Source of the DNA: Bacteroidota bacterium
GTDB taxonomy: Bacteria; Bacteroidota; Bacteroidia; Bacteroidales; DYOH01
Length of the DNA: 64,000 nt
NCBI GenBank assembly: GCA_020048155.1
Contig: JAIFMY010000022.1
Location: forward strand, 4,356-68,355
Reading direction: 5' to 3'
Shown here: in pieces, positions 8,882 to 19,400 of the stretch
How the letters are laid out: each line of letters begins with the position of its first letter
Position numbering within the stretch: position 1 is the stretch's first letter
The notes under the pieces: generated by a model
The model's input: only the letters and a program-made list of their open reading frames with translations
Told to the model about the DNA's origin: nothing
Databases searched by the model: none
Position numbers and translations under genes: made by a program

Positions 8882-10636
8882 CTATTTCCCATTCATAATT
8901 CTTAGTACAGGATACCTCATAAAACTGGGTTCTGCAAAAGGTGAATTATCGTAGATAAATTTTAGCTGAATGTAATGATTATTTGCGAATTCCGGATCAA
9001 TTTTCCGTTTTTGATCAAACTTTTCTTTCAATTCCGGATGATTTTTTAGATACTCAACTGCTCTTGGCTCAAAACCATATGGTGAGAAGTATTCTCGTCT
9101 TTCAAGTATCTCATCAAAAAAGTTCCATTGAAAAAAAGAATCTGCCCCTTTTGGTTCAAGCATTTGGACTATATACTTATTCGCATCTTGGTTTACTGGT
9201 ATTTTAATATCCCCCTTATAGATTTTCATCCATCGTTTTTCGGTTCGCAATTCTATATTGTTGATAGGGCGATGACCTCCAGTCTGATAGTTTGAGAACT
9301 CAAATTTATCTATAAAATATACTTCGGCCATGCAGACCGTGTCGCGCTGAATAACCTCAAATTTGACATTATTGAGCCTCAACCTTTCAATTACTTCATG
9401 CCATGCAAATGGAACAATATAATAATCAGGTGCTTCAATTTGAGCAGTAGTAACGAGTGTATTGTAAAAGGGGATTTTTTTGTTATATGGTTTTTCCAAG
9501 TCATACCCAAAAGTTTGGGCACCGGTTAGGCTGCTATTTTTCCATAGGGCTTCATAGCCTTTAAACCAAATACTATCAACTTGTGTAGTATCGGTTTCAA
9601 AATTAATTTCAAAAACTGACTGATTACTAACCTTTTTATTGGCAGCAGCGCGATATTGTCCTATTGGAAAATGGTATTTTTTCACCAAACCAAGCAATTG
9701 TTCCAAAAAAGCATAAGTGGCCTTCACCCGCAGATCGTAAGTTTTATACGAATGAGTTTCGGTGAGAAATGAAATGGTATTGAAAAGTGTGGCATATCCG
9801 GTTGAATATTTTGGTGAATCGTAGAAACCGAAAATCCCGGTAGAAGGGTCGTCAACTACCCAGTCTTTGGTTTGTACATAAGGTGCCATTTCAAAACCAA
9901 TCTTGGTCATTTTATTGTGAAACTCCGGCATCAGCACATCACCCATAAAATTCCCCAATGGTTCAGACAGAAAACGAGGATTGGAATGTATGAGTGTGAT
10001 TACGTACTGGTGTTCACTTCCGTCGGTGGTGTGGGTATCTACAAATACATCCGGATTCCATGCATGAAAAATCTGAGCAAAACTTCGGGCATTGTATGAA
10101 TCAGCTTTTACGAAATCGCGATTCAGGTCCAGGTTTCTTGCGTTGCCTCTAAAACCGTGTTCTAGGGGAAAAATTTGGTTGGCTCGGTTGTATGAACTTC
10201 GCATGAGAGCCCCGCCAATATTGTATATAGGAATGATGCACAAAACAGTACTATCGAGCAGTTTCATTTTATCATCCTTATTGGAAAGAAGGTCAGCAGC
10301 AAGCCACAACGAAGCATCTACACCTTCAGGTTCTCCTGAGTGAATGCCGTTGTTTATCAGCATGATCCTACGGTTTTTCTTTTTAATTTTAACAGGGTCA
10401 AACTCACCATCAGAGCTAATGACAAATAGATGAAGTGGCTTACCTACATCAGTATAGCCATATTCAATGAGCTTTGCTTGCTTGTACATTTTGTCAAGTT
10501 TCTGGTATTCAATAATCACAGAGTCGTAACTTAGCGTACGTTGTTGATTGAATACCAAGAAATCTTGCGCACTTGAGTTAAAAAAAGTCGCAAAAAAAAT
10601 AAAAAAACTGAGGAAGGTGAGTTTACTTAGTTCCAT
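8882..10636 (-). CDS. Secreted M14-family zinc carboxypeptidase
   Basis: The protein has a signal peptide (…FFNSSAQD) and the Zn-binding HxxE motif (NGIHSGEPEG), plus later DTHTT and ETHS motifs. It is 584 aa long. Confidence 0.7.
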   Translation of the reverse strand: MELSKLTFLSFFIFFATFFNSSAQDFLVFNQQRTLSYDSVIIEYQKLDKMYKQAKLIEYGYTDVGKPLHLFVISSDGEFDPVKIKKKNRRIMLINNGIHSGEPEGVDASLWLAADLLSNKDDKMKLLDSTVLCIIPIYNIGGALMRSSYNRANQIFPLEHGFRGNARNLDLNRDFVKADSYNARSFAQIFHAWNPDVFVDTHTTDGSEHQYVITLIHSNPRFLSEPLGNFMGDVLMPEFHNKMTKIGFEMAPYVQTKDWVVDDPSTGIFGFYDSPKYSTGYATLFNTISFLTETHSYKTYDLRVKATYAFLEQLLGLVKKYHFPIGQYRAAANKKVSNQSVFEINFETDTTQVDSIWFKGYEALWKNSSLTGAQTFGYDLEKPYNKKIPFYNTLVTTAQIEAPDYYIVPFAWHEVIERLRLNNVKFEVIQRDTVCMAEVYFIDKFEFSNYQTGGHRPINNIELRTEKRWMKIYKGDIKIPVNQDANKYIVQMLEPKGADSFFQWNFFDEILERREYFSPYGFEPRAVEYLKNHPELKEKFDQKRKIDPEFANNHYIQLKFIYDNSPFAEPSFMRYPVLRIMNGK

Positions 10637-11351
10637 AAATAATTACTGAGCCGGCTATTTCGCGTACCATAGGTATGCGCTCCAATGATTTACCGAGTTT
10701 ATCAACAAAAGAAATAAGAGACTGAGGTACATTAGGATGTAAAAAATCGTATGGGAACAACTCAATATTATTGAATCCGGTTTTGGCCATAAGTTTTGCA
10801 AATGGCCAACGAACAACAGCAGTTTCATCTGGAGAGTCGCCCAGCCATTTTTTTATGAAGGGTACATTTTTTTGAATAAAAATCTGTGGATTGAGCATAT
10901 TGGGTTCCGCAAAAATGATCCGTCCACCCGGTTTCAATACACGATATATCTCAGACAATGCTTTATCGAATTGTAGATGGTGCAAAATTGAACTTCCATA
11001 TACCACATCAAAAGTATTATCTGCAAAAGAGAGAGCCATCGCATCTTCAAGCCTGAAATCTACATCAGGAAGCTTTTTGCGGCCTTGGTCAAGCAGTTCC
11101 TGAGAAATATCGATGGCAGTAATGAGCGAATAAGTAGCAAAATAAATTTTTTCAGTAAACAGTGCCGTACCGCAACCTATTTCGAGTGCGTTGGTAGTGC
11201 GGTTTAGTTTACCAAGATCAATAAAGAAATTGGCTCTGCGTTGTGCTCTCAATTTTCCGGCCGGACTGCTCCAACCCCAAACTTCTTCAGCATTTTCGCT
11301 TATTTTCTTTCCATGTTCAATTTCGTTAGCAATTTTCTTATCAATTTCCAT
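10623..11351 (-). CDS. Class I SAM-dependent methyltransferase
   Basis: Motif I is LEIGCGTALF, followed by DVVYGSSILHH and LKPGGRIIF. Its 3' end overlaps the M14 start by 14 nt. Confidence 0.8.
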   Translation of the reverse strand: MEIDKKIANEIEHGKKISENAEEVWGWSSPAGKLRAQRRANFFIDLGKLNRTTNALEIGCGTALFTEKIYFATYSLITAIDISQELLDQGRKKLPDVDFRLEDAMALSFADNTFDVVYGSSILHHLQFDKALSEIYRVLKPGGRIIFAEPNMLNPQIFIQKNVPFIKKWLGDSPDETAVVRWPFAKLMAKTGFNNIELFPYDFLHPNVPQSLISFVDKLGKSLERIPMVREIAGSVIIYGTK

Positions 11352-11414
11352 TTTGAAATATTTATGATAGTCACTTTACAATTTAATAAATTAAAATACA
11401 GAAGCTGATCAAGA

Positions 11415-13457
11415 TTACAAAATTTGATATAAATAAGCCTCTTCATCGTCGCCCAAACGGTGCAACAATTTAATTTTCTCCGGGTACTTTCGTTGAATGT
11501 AAAATAAATAGCGTTGTATGGTATTTATTGTATATTCTGTTTTCTGCGTTTCAAATTTGCGCAATCTGGCGTCTACAACGTACTGAACATTATTTTCATA
11601 CAATTTATTCAATAAATCGTCGGGGTCTATGACACTGATTTCAACTTCGTGACCTTTGTTTTGGGCTTCTACTGTATCAAATTCTTTTTCGAGCAGCGTC
11701 AGATCATTGGCAGCCACCAAACCACTTTTTTCCATTAGTTTATTTAAGACAGTATCAGCACTATGCGTATATATTTCAAAAACATAGGTAGCCACGCTGT
11801 TTCCTTTATCATCTTTCTGATTAGCTGTAAGAAAGCCTACATTTTCTGTTTGCCACTTCATATAGTACGGCTGCATACTCACAACTTTTTCCCAGTCTTG
11901 AGCCCTTACGATGTAATAATTGTTTCCCAATTTGTTTAACTTAGCTTTCAGACTGTCAAGTGGCAAAGTAGGCAAATTGTACATTCCATAAAACCTTCGG
12001 TTGGTATATACAAACGAAATGCTGGGTTTCCGGCATCCAATGGTAACAGAATCAGGCACATTCTCGGCTGCATACTGGCTCATATGTATGTAGTTAATCC
12101 AATCAGGTGAAAAACCATATAATAAATCGCCTCTAAGATTGTGCGATATGGTATCTGAGTACGACTTAGTTTTGAGTATTGTACGCTGTAGGCTAGCAAA
12201 GATGAGCACTACAGCTATGAGTGGGAGTAAATATTGCATGAATGCCAATCGCTTATTTTTTCCGGCATAATAAAAAGCAGATAAAACAGCAACTACAATA
12301 AGCGGAAAATAAATAATGATAAGGCGCCTGGAATCCCAGAGGGTTTGAAGCGCAAGAAAAGTAGCTCCCAGCATGACTGCCAAATACAAGTATATAAACA
12401 ATACTTTGAGATTACGTTTGAAAACATGAATAATTCCGAGTATCAAAATACCATAAACCAGAAATACCAGAATATTTTGCACGTCAACTATTTCTTCGCG
12501 TAGCCCAAAAAAGGCAAAGAGGTGCTTAGATAAATATAACCCGGAGTTGTTCCAGAATCGTTCAATAAACCCAACAATATCTTCGTTGCCACGTGCAGGG
12601 TCATACGGATGTTTCAGAAGCAAGGTACCACCTTGTGCCTCAATCTGCGAAGTAGAATTTCCCCAAAGCAACAATTTGAGACCAGTCCATAAACTATAAA
12701 ATCCTACAAACGAGCCCAAGCTGAAAGCCAGGGGTTTCCACGCTTTGAGTAATATATAAAACAAAGCTAAGGCAACTGGCGCAGCAAATGCAATATTTTT
12801 GGTAATAGATAAAAGAAAGAGCAATAAACCTGTAATTACATGATACTTCCAATGCTGTTGAATTTGTATCTCAGCATTTTGGGTTTTCCAAACTTTCTCA
12901 AACAAAAAATAAAATAAGCCCATTTGCAAAGCCAGAAAGAAGGCTTCAGAATAAGTTTGGCTTGCATAATAAAGCACATATGCATTTAATCCCACTATAA
13001 GCATAGAAGCAACTAGTACAAAAGGCGGGATTGAATTTTGTAACGACTTGAAAAATAACCTTATATGTAAAAGTATAAAGGCAAAAGAAACAAATTTGAG
13101 CAGAGCCAGATTTATGCCAGCAATGGCTACAAATATAGACAGAACCATGGGATACAATGGCCCTTGAAAACTGGGGTACTTGAATTCCGAAACAAAATCT
13201 GCAGCACGAATCACATATTCAGAATCGTCGCCCCCAACACTGCTTTTCAAATCGAAGGTAAGGAGCGTAAAAATAAAAGTGGATGCAAATGCAACCAGAA
13301 ATACAAGATTAAGAAATTTCTCGGAGCGAAAATCTAAAGATTGTAAAAAATCTACATGCTCTAATGCTCGCTTCTTAGTGTTATTTTTAGATGCACCAGG
13401 TTGATTTGCAACATTTTTAGGTGCATTAATATTTTTTATTTTGTTTGTAGGCTTCAT
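11415..13457 (-). CDS. Polytopic membrane protein, GT-C (ArnT/PMT, GT39/83-like) glycosyltransferase candidate with a C-terminal soluble domain
   Basis: The 680-aa protein has many hydrophobic helices. An acidic first-loop motif (GGDDSEY) sits where GT-C enzymes carry their D/E motif. The C-terminal ~230 aa are hydrophilic. Confidence 0.45.
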   Translation of the reverse strand: MKPTNKIKNINAPKNVANQPGASKNNTKKRALEHVDFLQSLDFRSEKFLNLVFLVAFASTFIFTLLTFDLKSSVGGDDSEYVIRAADFVSEFKYPSFQGPLYPMVLSIFVAIAGINLALLKFVSFAFILLHIRLFFKSLQNSIPPFVLVASMLIVGLNAYVLYYASQTYSEAFFLALQMGLFYFLFEKVWKTQNAEIQIQQHWKYHVITGLLLFLLSITKNIAFAAPVALALFYILLKAWKPLAFSLGSFVGFYSLWTGLKLLLWGNSTSQIEAQGGTLLLKHPYDPARGNEDIVGFIERFWNNSGLYLSKHLFAFFGLREEIVDVQNILVFLVYGILILGIIHVFKRNLKVLFIYLYLAVMLGATFLALQTLWDSRRLIIIYFPLIVVAVLSAFYYAGKNKRLAFMQYLLPLIAVVLIFASLQRTILKTKSYSDTISHNLRGDLLYGFSPDWINYIHMSQYAAENVPDSVTIGCRKPSISFVYTNRRFYGMYNLPTLPLDSLKAKLNKLGNNYYIVRAQDWEKVVSMQPYYMKWQTENVGFLTANQKDDKGNSVATYVFEIYTHSADTVLNKLMEKSGLVAANDLTLLEKEFDTVEAQNKGHEVEISVIDPDDLLNKLYENNVQYVVDARLRKFETQKTEYTINTIQRYLFYIQRKYPEKIKLLHRLGDDEEAYLYQIL

Positions 13458-13546
13458 GCATATGAGTTTGAGGCGCTAAAATAGGTGATTTACTTGTCAT
13501 GAGCAAAGCCAATAAGCAAACAAAACAGATGATTTTGAAAAAGGGC

Positions 13547-13945
13547 TTAACTAAAGACAATAAGCGATTTCATTTTGGAAACAAGAATATCCAAGTTAAT
13601 AGGTTTGGTTACGTAATCGTCGCATCCAACTTCATACGCCCTATCTTTTTCGGAAGCCATAGCAAAAGCAGTTTGTACAATGATGGGGATATCATGATTA
13701 ATGCTTTTAATTATTTCGATGGCTTGATATCCATTCATAACAGGCATCTGAATATCCATGAGAATGATATGAATATGGTTGTTTTTTTTTACAAAATCTA
13801 CAGCCTCTTGTCCGTTATTGGCTCTAAAAATGTGAGCGCCGGTGCGTTTGAGGGCTACCCTAATAAGCTGATAGTTGATCTCCTCATCTTCAGCAATTAG
13901 AATATTCACATTTGTCCAATTCGGCAATTCTTTATTCATATTCAA
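13547..13945 (-). CDS. Stand-alone response-regulator receiver (CheY-like)
   Basis: The motifs ILIAEDEEIN, the phospho-acceptor context IILMDIQMPVMNG, and VQTA and TKP are present. No output domain follows. Confidence 0.9.
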   Translation of the reverse strand: MNMNKELPNWTNVNILIAEDEEINYQLIRVALKRTGAHIFRANNGQEAVDFVKKNNHIHIILMDIQMPVMNGYQAIEIIKSINHDIPIIVQTAFAMASEKDRAYEVGCDDYVTKPINLDILVSKMKSLIVFS

Positions 13946-14121
13946 TAAATTCGCTAATATCCAAGTATAATTCGCAAGGCGAAAAACGGAAATTTCAATT
14001 TATAATTAATAATAAAACAGTATTCAAAGATAAATACTTTATTTCCGAAAAATAGACATTTTTTACAGTTTAGCAAATATTATTGATTTTTTGCGATTTT
14101 GCTTAGAATAGAAATAATGGT

Positions 14122-16434
14122 TTAAGCTACGCTCTTGGCTTCATAACCTATAGCCACAATTTTAAAGGGCAATCCATCGGTATTTAATATAGGTGCTAAA
14201 ATGGCTTTATACCTTTTTTCTTTATCGCCTACCTGTATTTCCCAACCCGATTCAATAATTTCGCCATCGCGCAATCTGCTCCACATAACGTTAAATTCAT
14301 CAATGGTGTTAAATGGAATTTGAAAAATGCCCACCGCAGTTTTACCAAGCATGGCATCTTTAGATTTATCAAAAAATTCGGCGAACAAATCGTTGGCAAA
14401 TATAAGTACTCCTTCAAGGTCAAACTCGGCCATCAGGCTTATTTTGTCAACCGCATTCAACAAACTTTTTATTTCGGAATCCTGCTGAGCGAAACGTTCT
14501 TGGGTGGCTTGCAACTCTTCCATGTTTATGCGCATCTCGTCTTCTTGCAAAAGCATATCTTCAGATTGCTGTTTGGTTTTAACGAGTAATTTGTTGGTCT
14601 GATCGGCTATTTTTACAGAAGAAACCGTAGATGCAATATTCTCGGCCAGCGTTTCAACAAATGCAATTCGGAAAGGCTCGAGCTTATGAAGCATGGCTAT
14701 TTCAATCACACCGTATAATTTATCTTTGTAAATAAGGGGTACAAGTACTATCTGTTTGGGCTTTGTTTCGCCCAGGCCTGATGTAATGTAAACATACGAA
14801 TCGGGTACTTGATTAACGATGATGGTATTTTTCTCGATTGCGCATGTACCTACGAGTTCATTTCCAAAATCGATGACACGTTTCAGATATTTACGTTTTG
14901 AGTATGCAAAGGCACTCACCAATTCCAATTGTTTTTTATCGCCTTCAATATCTGTGACTATGAATAAAGCTCCTTGCACTGCTCCCACGTATTGTGTCAA
15001 TTCGCTGATAACATTGTATGCAAATTCTTCAATATTGTCGTTGTTTTGGCGAAGAATATTGCCAAACTTAGCCAAACCTTCGGTAGTCCAGTTCCTACGA
15101 TGATCTTCGTCTCTGCGTTTATCTTCCAAATTTTCAGCATCTATAAGACTCTGGCGCATGGCCAAAAGGGCATTTCCAAGAGAATCGTCTTTGCTAAGTG
15201 TTTCATATTCAGCATCAAGCTTGCCTTTACCTATCTGATTAGCGAATTCTGCCATCTTATTGAGGCTATCCAAAATCTGATTGAGTGAACTCGAAACTTT
15301 TCCTATTTCATCATTTCGTTCGGGCAATTTTTCCATCTGTATCTTGCCCAAAGATATTTCTTCTGCTATATCGGCAACTTTGGAAAGGGGCTTTATGAGG
15401 TAATTCAGGAAAAACACAATGATTAACCCACCAGAAAGCAACATCAGGAAACTAATGGTTATCATTTTTATTCTGAAAGACATAGCCTCATCAGCAATTT
15501 CAGATTTCAATGTAGAAGATAACACATAGAAAGATGAACGGAGGTTTGTGAGAGCTACAGGTTGTCCGATAATAAGTTTATCGTTTAAATCGTGTCTTGC
15601 AATCTTATTGCTTTGAATATCCACCAAAAGCTCTACAGATTCGGTATATACCTGATTTATATTCTGACCTACAAAAAAAGGTTGATTAGAATCGTAAATA
15701 ATAATCCCTCTGCTATTTGTAAGTTGCCAATGAGTATGAATACTTTCATTGCTGTAGGTAAAAAAATCTTTCAGTGGTGCATTGTTTACAACTACGGCCA
15801 CTACGCCTTTAAACTCATTGTTGAGCATTATAGGGGTGGCTTGCCAGAAAAGTAATTGCTCTACCCCATGAAAATTTAGAAATTCGGGTGAAGTAATTAT
15901 ATCACGCTGAAATTTACGCGGTTGTAAATAAAAATCGCCTTTCGGCTCTGAATCCAGATTAAGCAATTTCTCAAATCTGATTTTGCCAGATGGATCTCGC
16001 CAAAAATGAACTGCAAAACGGCCAAATGAATCGAAATAATCACGTATCTGATTAGTTGTATCTGAATAGCTAATAATTCCTTCTTCAAGCACAAGATTTA
16101 CACCGATTATATTTTCGTTGGTGCGCATGTAATTTCGAACCACCGGAAATATTTCGTCGATGCTTAGAGCCATGGGATAGATAGGATCGAAAGCTGCTTT
16201 TATTTGTGCAGACAAATAATTATTAAAATCGAAACCTTGTTTGTAATGAGATTGGGTTAGTACTGCAATTTCAGAAGACTTAGAGCTGATACCGGCTGTA
16301 TGCTGATTTTCAAGGCTATTTAAAGTAGAAACATAGGAAACCGAAGCTAAAACGGACATAACCACGGTAGCGGTGATGCCAACCAGCATGCCTATTTTGA
16401 ACTTTATACTTCCTGAAATTAGTTTCAGCTTCAT
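14122..16434 (-). CDS. Membrane sensor with TM, Cache-like periplasmic domain, TM, HAMP, GAF, coiled coil and PAS, and no recognisable output domain
   Basis: The 770-aa protein has a Cache-type segment (…FKGVVAVVV…), a HAMP region (LIKPLSKVADIAEEISLGKI…) and GAF (…LTQYVGAVQGALF…VPLIYKDKLYGVIEIA). It ends after one PAS. I found no H-box, HATPase, GGDEF or PP2C motifs. Confidence 0.75.
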   Translation of the reverse strand: MKLKLISGSIKFKIGMLVGITATVVMSVLASVSYVSTLNSLENQHTAGISSKSSEIAVLTQSHYKQGFDFNNYLSAQIKAAFDPIYPMALSIDEIFPVVRNYMRTNENIIGVNLVLEEGIISYSDTTNQIRDYFDSFGRFAVHFWRDPSGKIRFEKLLNLDSEPKGDFYLQPRKFQRDIITSPEFLNFHGVEQLLFWQATPIMLNNEFKGVVAVVVNNAPLKDFFTYSNESIHTHWQLTNSRGIIIYDSNQPFFVGQNINQVYTESVELLVDIQSNKIARHDLNDKLIIGQPVALTNLRSSFYVLSSTLKSEIADEAMSFRIKMITISFLMLLSGGLIIVFFLNYLIKPLSKVADIAEEISLGKIQMEKLPERNDEIGKVSSSLNQILDSLNKMAEFANQIGKGKLDAEYETLSKDDSLGNALLAMRQSLIDAENLEDKRRDEDHRRNWTTEGLAKFGNILRQNNDNIEEFAYNVISELTQYVGAVQGALFIVTDIEGDKKQLELVSAFAYSKRKYLKRVIDFGNELVGTCAIEKNTIIVNQVPDSYVYITSGLGETKPKQIVLVPLIYKDKLYGVIEIAMLHKLEPFRIAFVETLAENIASTVSSVKIADQTNKLLVKTKQQSEDMLLQEDEMRINMEELQATQERFAQQDSEIKSLLNAVDKISLMAEFDLEGVLIFANDLFAEFFDKSKDAMLGKTAVGIFQIPFNTIDEFNVMWSRLRDGEIIESGWEIQVGDKEKRYKAILAPILNTDGLPFKIVAIGYEAKSVA

Positions 16435-19400
16435 TGTCCATTTGTTTTATTGCCTCTCAATTCCTCTATAGCCTTTTTGTAGTTCATTTCGGCTACTTTG
16501 TAAGAGGTTATATCAAAACTCACCACTACTATCCGGTTTACTTGTTCATTCTTGTCGAGTACTGGAATATAATACTCAGAGAAATAGAAAGTTTTATTTT
16601 TAACTTCGTATCTATAAACCCTCTGTTGTGTAATACCTGTGCGTATTTTACTCCACAATACGTGATATTTCAGATAGTTCTCAATTACGGCCATATCTTT
16701 ATGCATTTTTCGCTTCATGTCCTTTTCTTCAAGTTCGAGAAGGCTCATCATTGGTTGGCTCATGCTTATGAGATTGGTTTCCAAGTCGTATTCTGTAAGT
16801 AAAAGGTTTCCACCAAGTGCATTCATAATTCCGTCGAGGCCGTCAAGCTCCGAGTTGCTGAATTCAACGCTTTCTTTGTACAAAACCAGGCTCTCAATCA
16901 GCTGTTTTTCATTACGTTCAGCTTCTTGTTTATATTGTTCAAATTGTTTAATTGTATCTATTTCGCTGGTTTTATTCCAACTCAGATTCAGAATTTTCAA
17001 AAGGTTCTTATTTTTATCAAGTATTGGTTTGTATATTTCCGACATGTAAAGACGTTCGTCTCCAAATTGCAATTCGAAATCTCGCGAAAGCATATTACCA
17101 CTGGCGAGTTCGTTCCAGAAATTTTCAAAATCGCGGCTATCGGTGATGGTTGTATAGTTTCTCAGATTCTTACCGAGTACATCATCGTTAATTCGATAAG
17201 TTTTCTTCAAAATGTCATTCACTTGCAAAATTGTACCGCCTTTATCGAAAATTGCAACACAAACTGTATCATTGAGCGATTCCATAAATGCATCATACAT
17301 AGCTGTATTTATATAACTATCTGTTTGTAGATTGACAAGTTGCAAGAAATAATTTTGCATTTCGAAATTGGTAATTTGCAATTCGTGTGTTTTGTGGTTG
17401 AGTTGCTGATGTATTTCTTTGTAGGTGGTAATATTGAGCGCTATAACCATAACTTTGTAAAAAGCTCCATCAGTATCGTAAAGCGGTGTATAGGTTTCCT
17501 TGAAGTATAGATTTTCTTTGCTGACTTTAATTCTCGAAATTACATTTTTCACAATACCGGCCTTCAAGTCGTTCCAGAATTGGAAATAGGATACTTCGTC
17601 AAAATCTTCAATTTCGCAAAAATCAGGATGATGGATTCCGGTGAGTACTTCGCGGGAAATTCCGAGTAACTTAAGTGTATTGGTGCTTATTTCGATAAGC
17701 GACCCAAACTGATTGAACTCATAGGTATAAGCAGCATTATCAATGGCAAGAATCAAACCTTGCATTTTGAATTCTTTGCGTGCCGATTCTTCTTGTGTAG
17801 CTTGCAATTCTTCAAGATTCTGCCTCATTTCTTCCTCTTGCGATGCCAGCTCTTCTGATTGTTTCTTAGACTGTTGCAAAAGCAACACGGTACGTTGATT
17901 GATGAGCACTGATGAAATGGTAAGGGCGATGCTTTCAGCAAGTTTTTCAACAAATCGAATTTTAAAATCTGCGATTTCTACCAGGGATGCAATCTCAATT
18001 ACACCTACAATATTATTGTCATATTTAAGCGGAACTATAAGCAAATTGCGGGGGGAAGTATTGCCAATACCAGAGGTGATAGATAGGTAATCTTCGGGCA
18101 AATTGGTTAAATGGATAATATCGCCTTCAACAGCGCACATGCCTACAAGACCTTCTTTCAGTTTCACTTGCTTCTGCAAATATTTCTTTCGGTTGTATGC
18201 AAATGCAGCTACAAGCTCAAGATATGGATCGCGTTTGTTTTCGTTCTGATATAAAAAAATACCACCTTGTATGGCCTCAAGATATCTTATAAGCTGGCTT
18301 ATAATACTATGCGTAAGTTTACTTATGTCATTGGTATCTTTGCGCAATAAATCGGAAAATTTGGAAAGGCCAATATTAGTCCAGTTTCGTATTTCGTCTT
18401 CTTGTCGTCTGTTCTTTTCTTGCTCTTCAGCTTGGTATAGTTCATTACGCATGTTGAGCAAGGCATTTCCGAGTGCATCATTCTCTGACAATACGGTGTA
18501 CTCAGCATTTAAATTGCCTGCACCTATTTCTTTAGCAAAACTGGTGGTTTGTCTAAGTCCGTCTATAATTTTATTGATATAATTGAGCATCAGATGCAAC
18601 TCAGCCGATGCTTCAATAGTAGGTATTTTTGTTATAAAAATATCGCCATTCGAAACCTTTTCAAGTAAAGTGTTGATTTGCATAAGTGGACGTACCAATC
18701 TTCTGGAAAGCAGGTATGACAAGAAAAAAGCCAATAAAACACCAAGAAATGTGAGTATATAAAATGTAAATCTCTGGTTCTGAAACAAATCTTTGTATGA
18801 TTTTGCAGAAACCAGCGATATAAGCGCCCACGATTTTCCGGTATTTCCAACTAAGAAAGGTGTAACACATATTTGTTGTTGTTCCTGCATGAATTCCAAT
18901 TCGTTTACGAATGTGAATTGGCGACCGCTCGGAATTTTGTCAATGACTTTGTGTTTCAAATTGAGCTCGCGATACATTTCACCAAACTGAGCATTCACAT
19001 TTCGGTCTTCATGGTGGGCAACAATCTGTCCGTTGTCTGAAATAATAAAAGAAGATGATTCCGAAACTGTATTTCCGCCGGCAATCATTTGCTTGAGCTG
19101 ATTTATAGGAATATCATATCCAACGACTCCTACAAAAACTCCATTGCTGAAAATGGGCACAGCCACCGAAATACACCATACTTCGTCTCTTACATCTCCT
19201 GTGTAAGAATAGCGGGTAGGCTCAATAATCACTTCGCGCTGTAAACTTCTTACTGTAAGATATTTATCGTTTTGGAGAAGAAAATTTTCTCTGTCAATAT
19301 TGATATTTTCCTGCCCTACAAAGTTTTTGTATTTATAAAAAGAAAGAATAAAACGTCCTGAATTTTTTTCATCCGGATTTACATATTGTTTGTCTAATGA

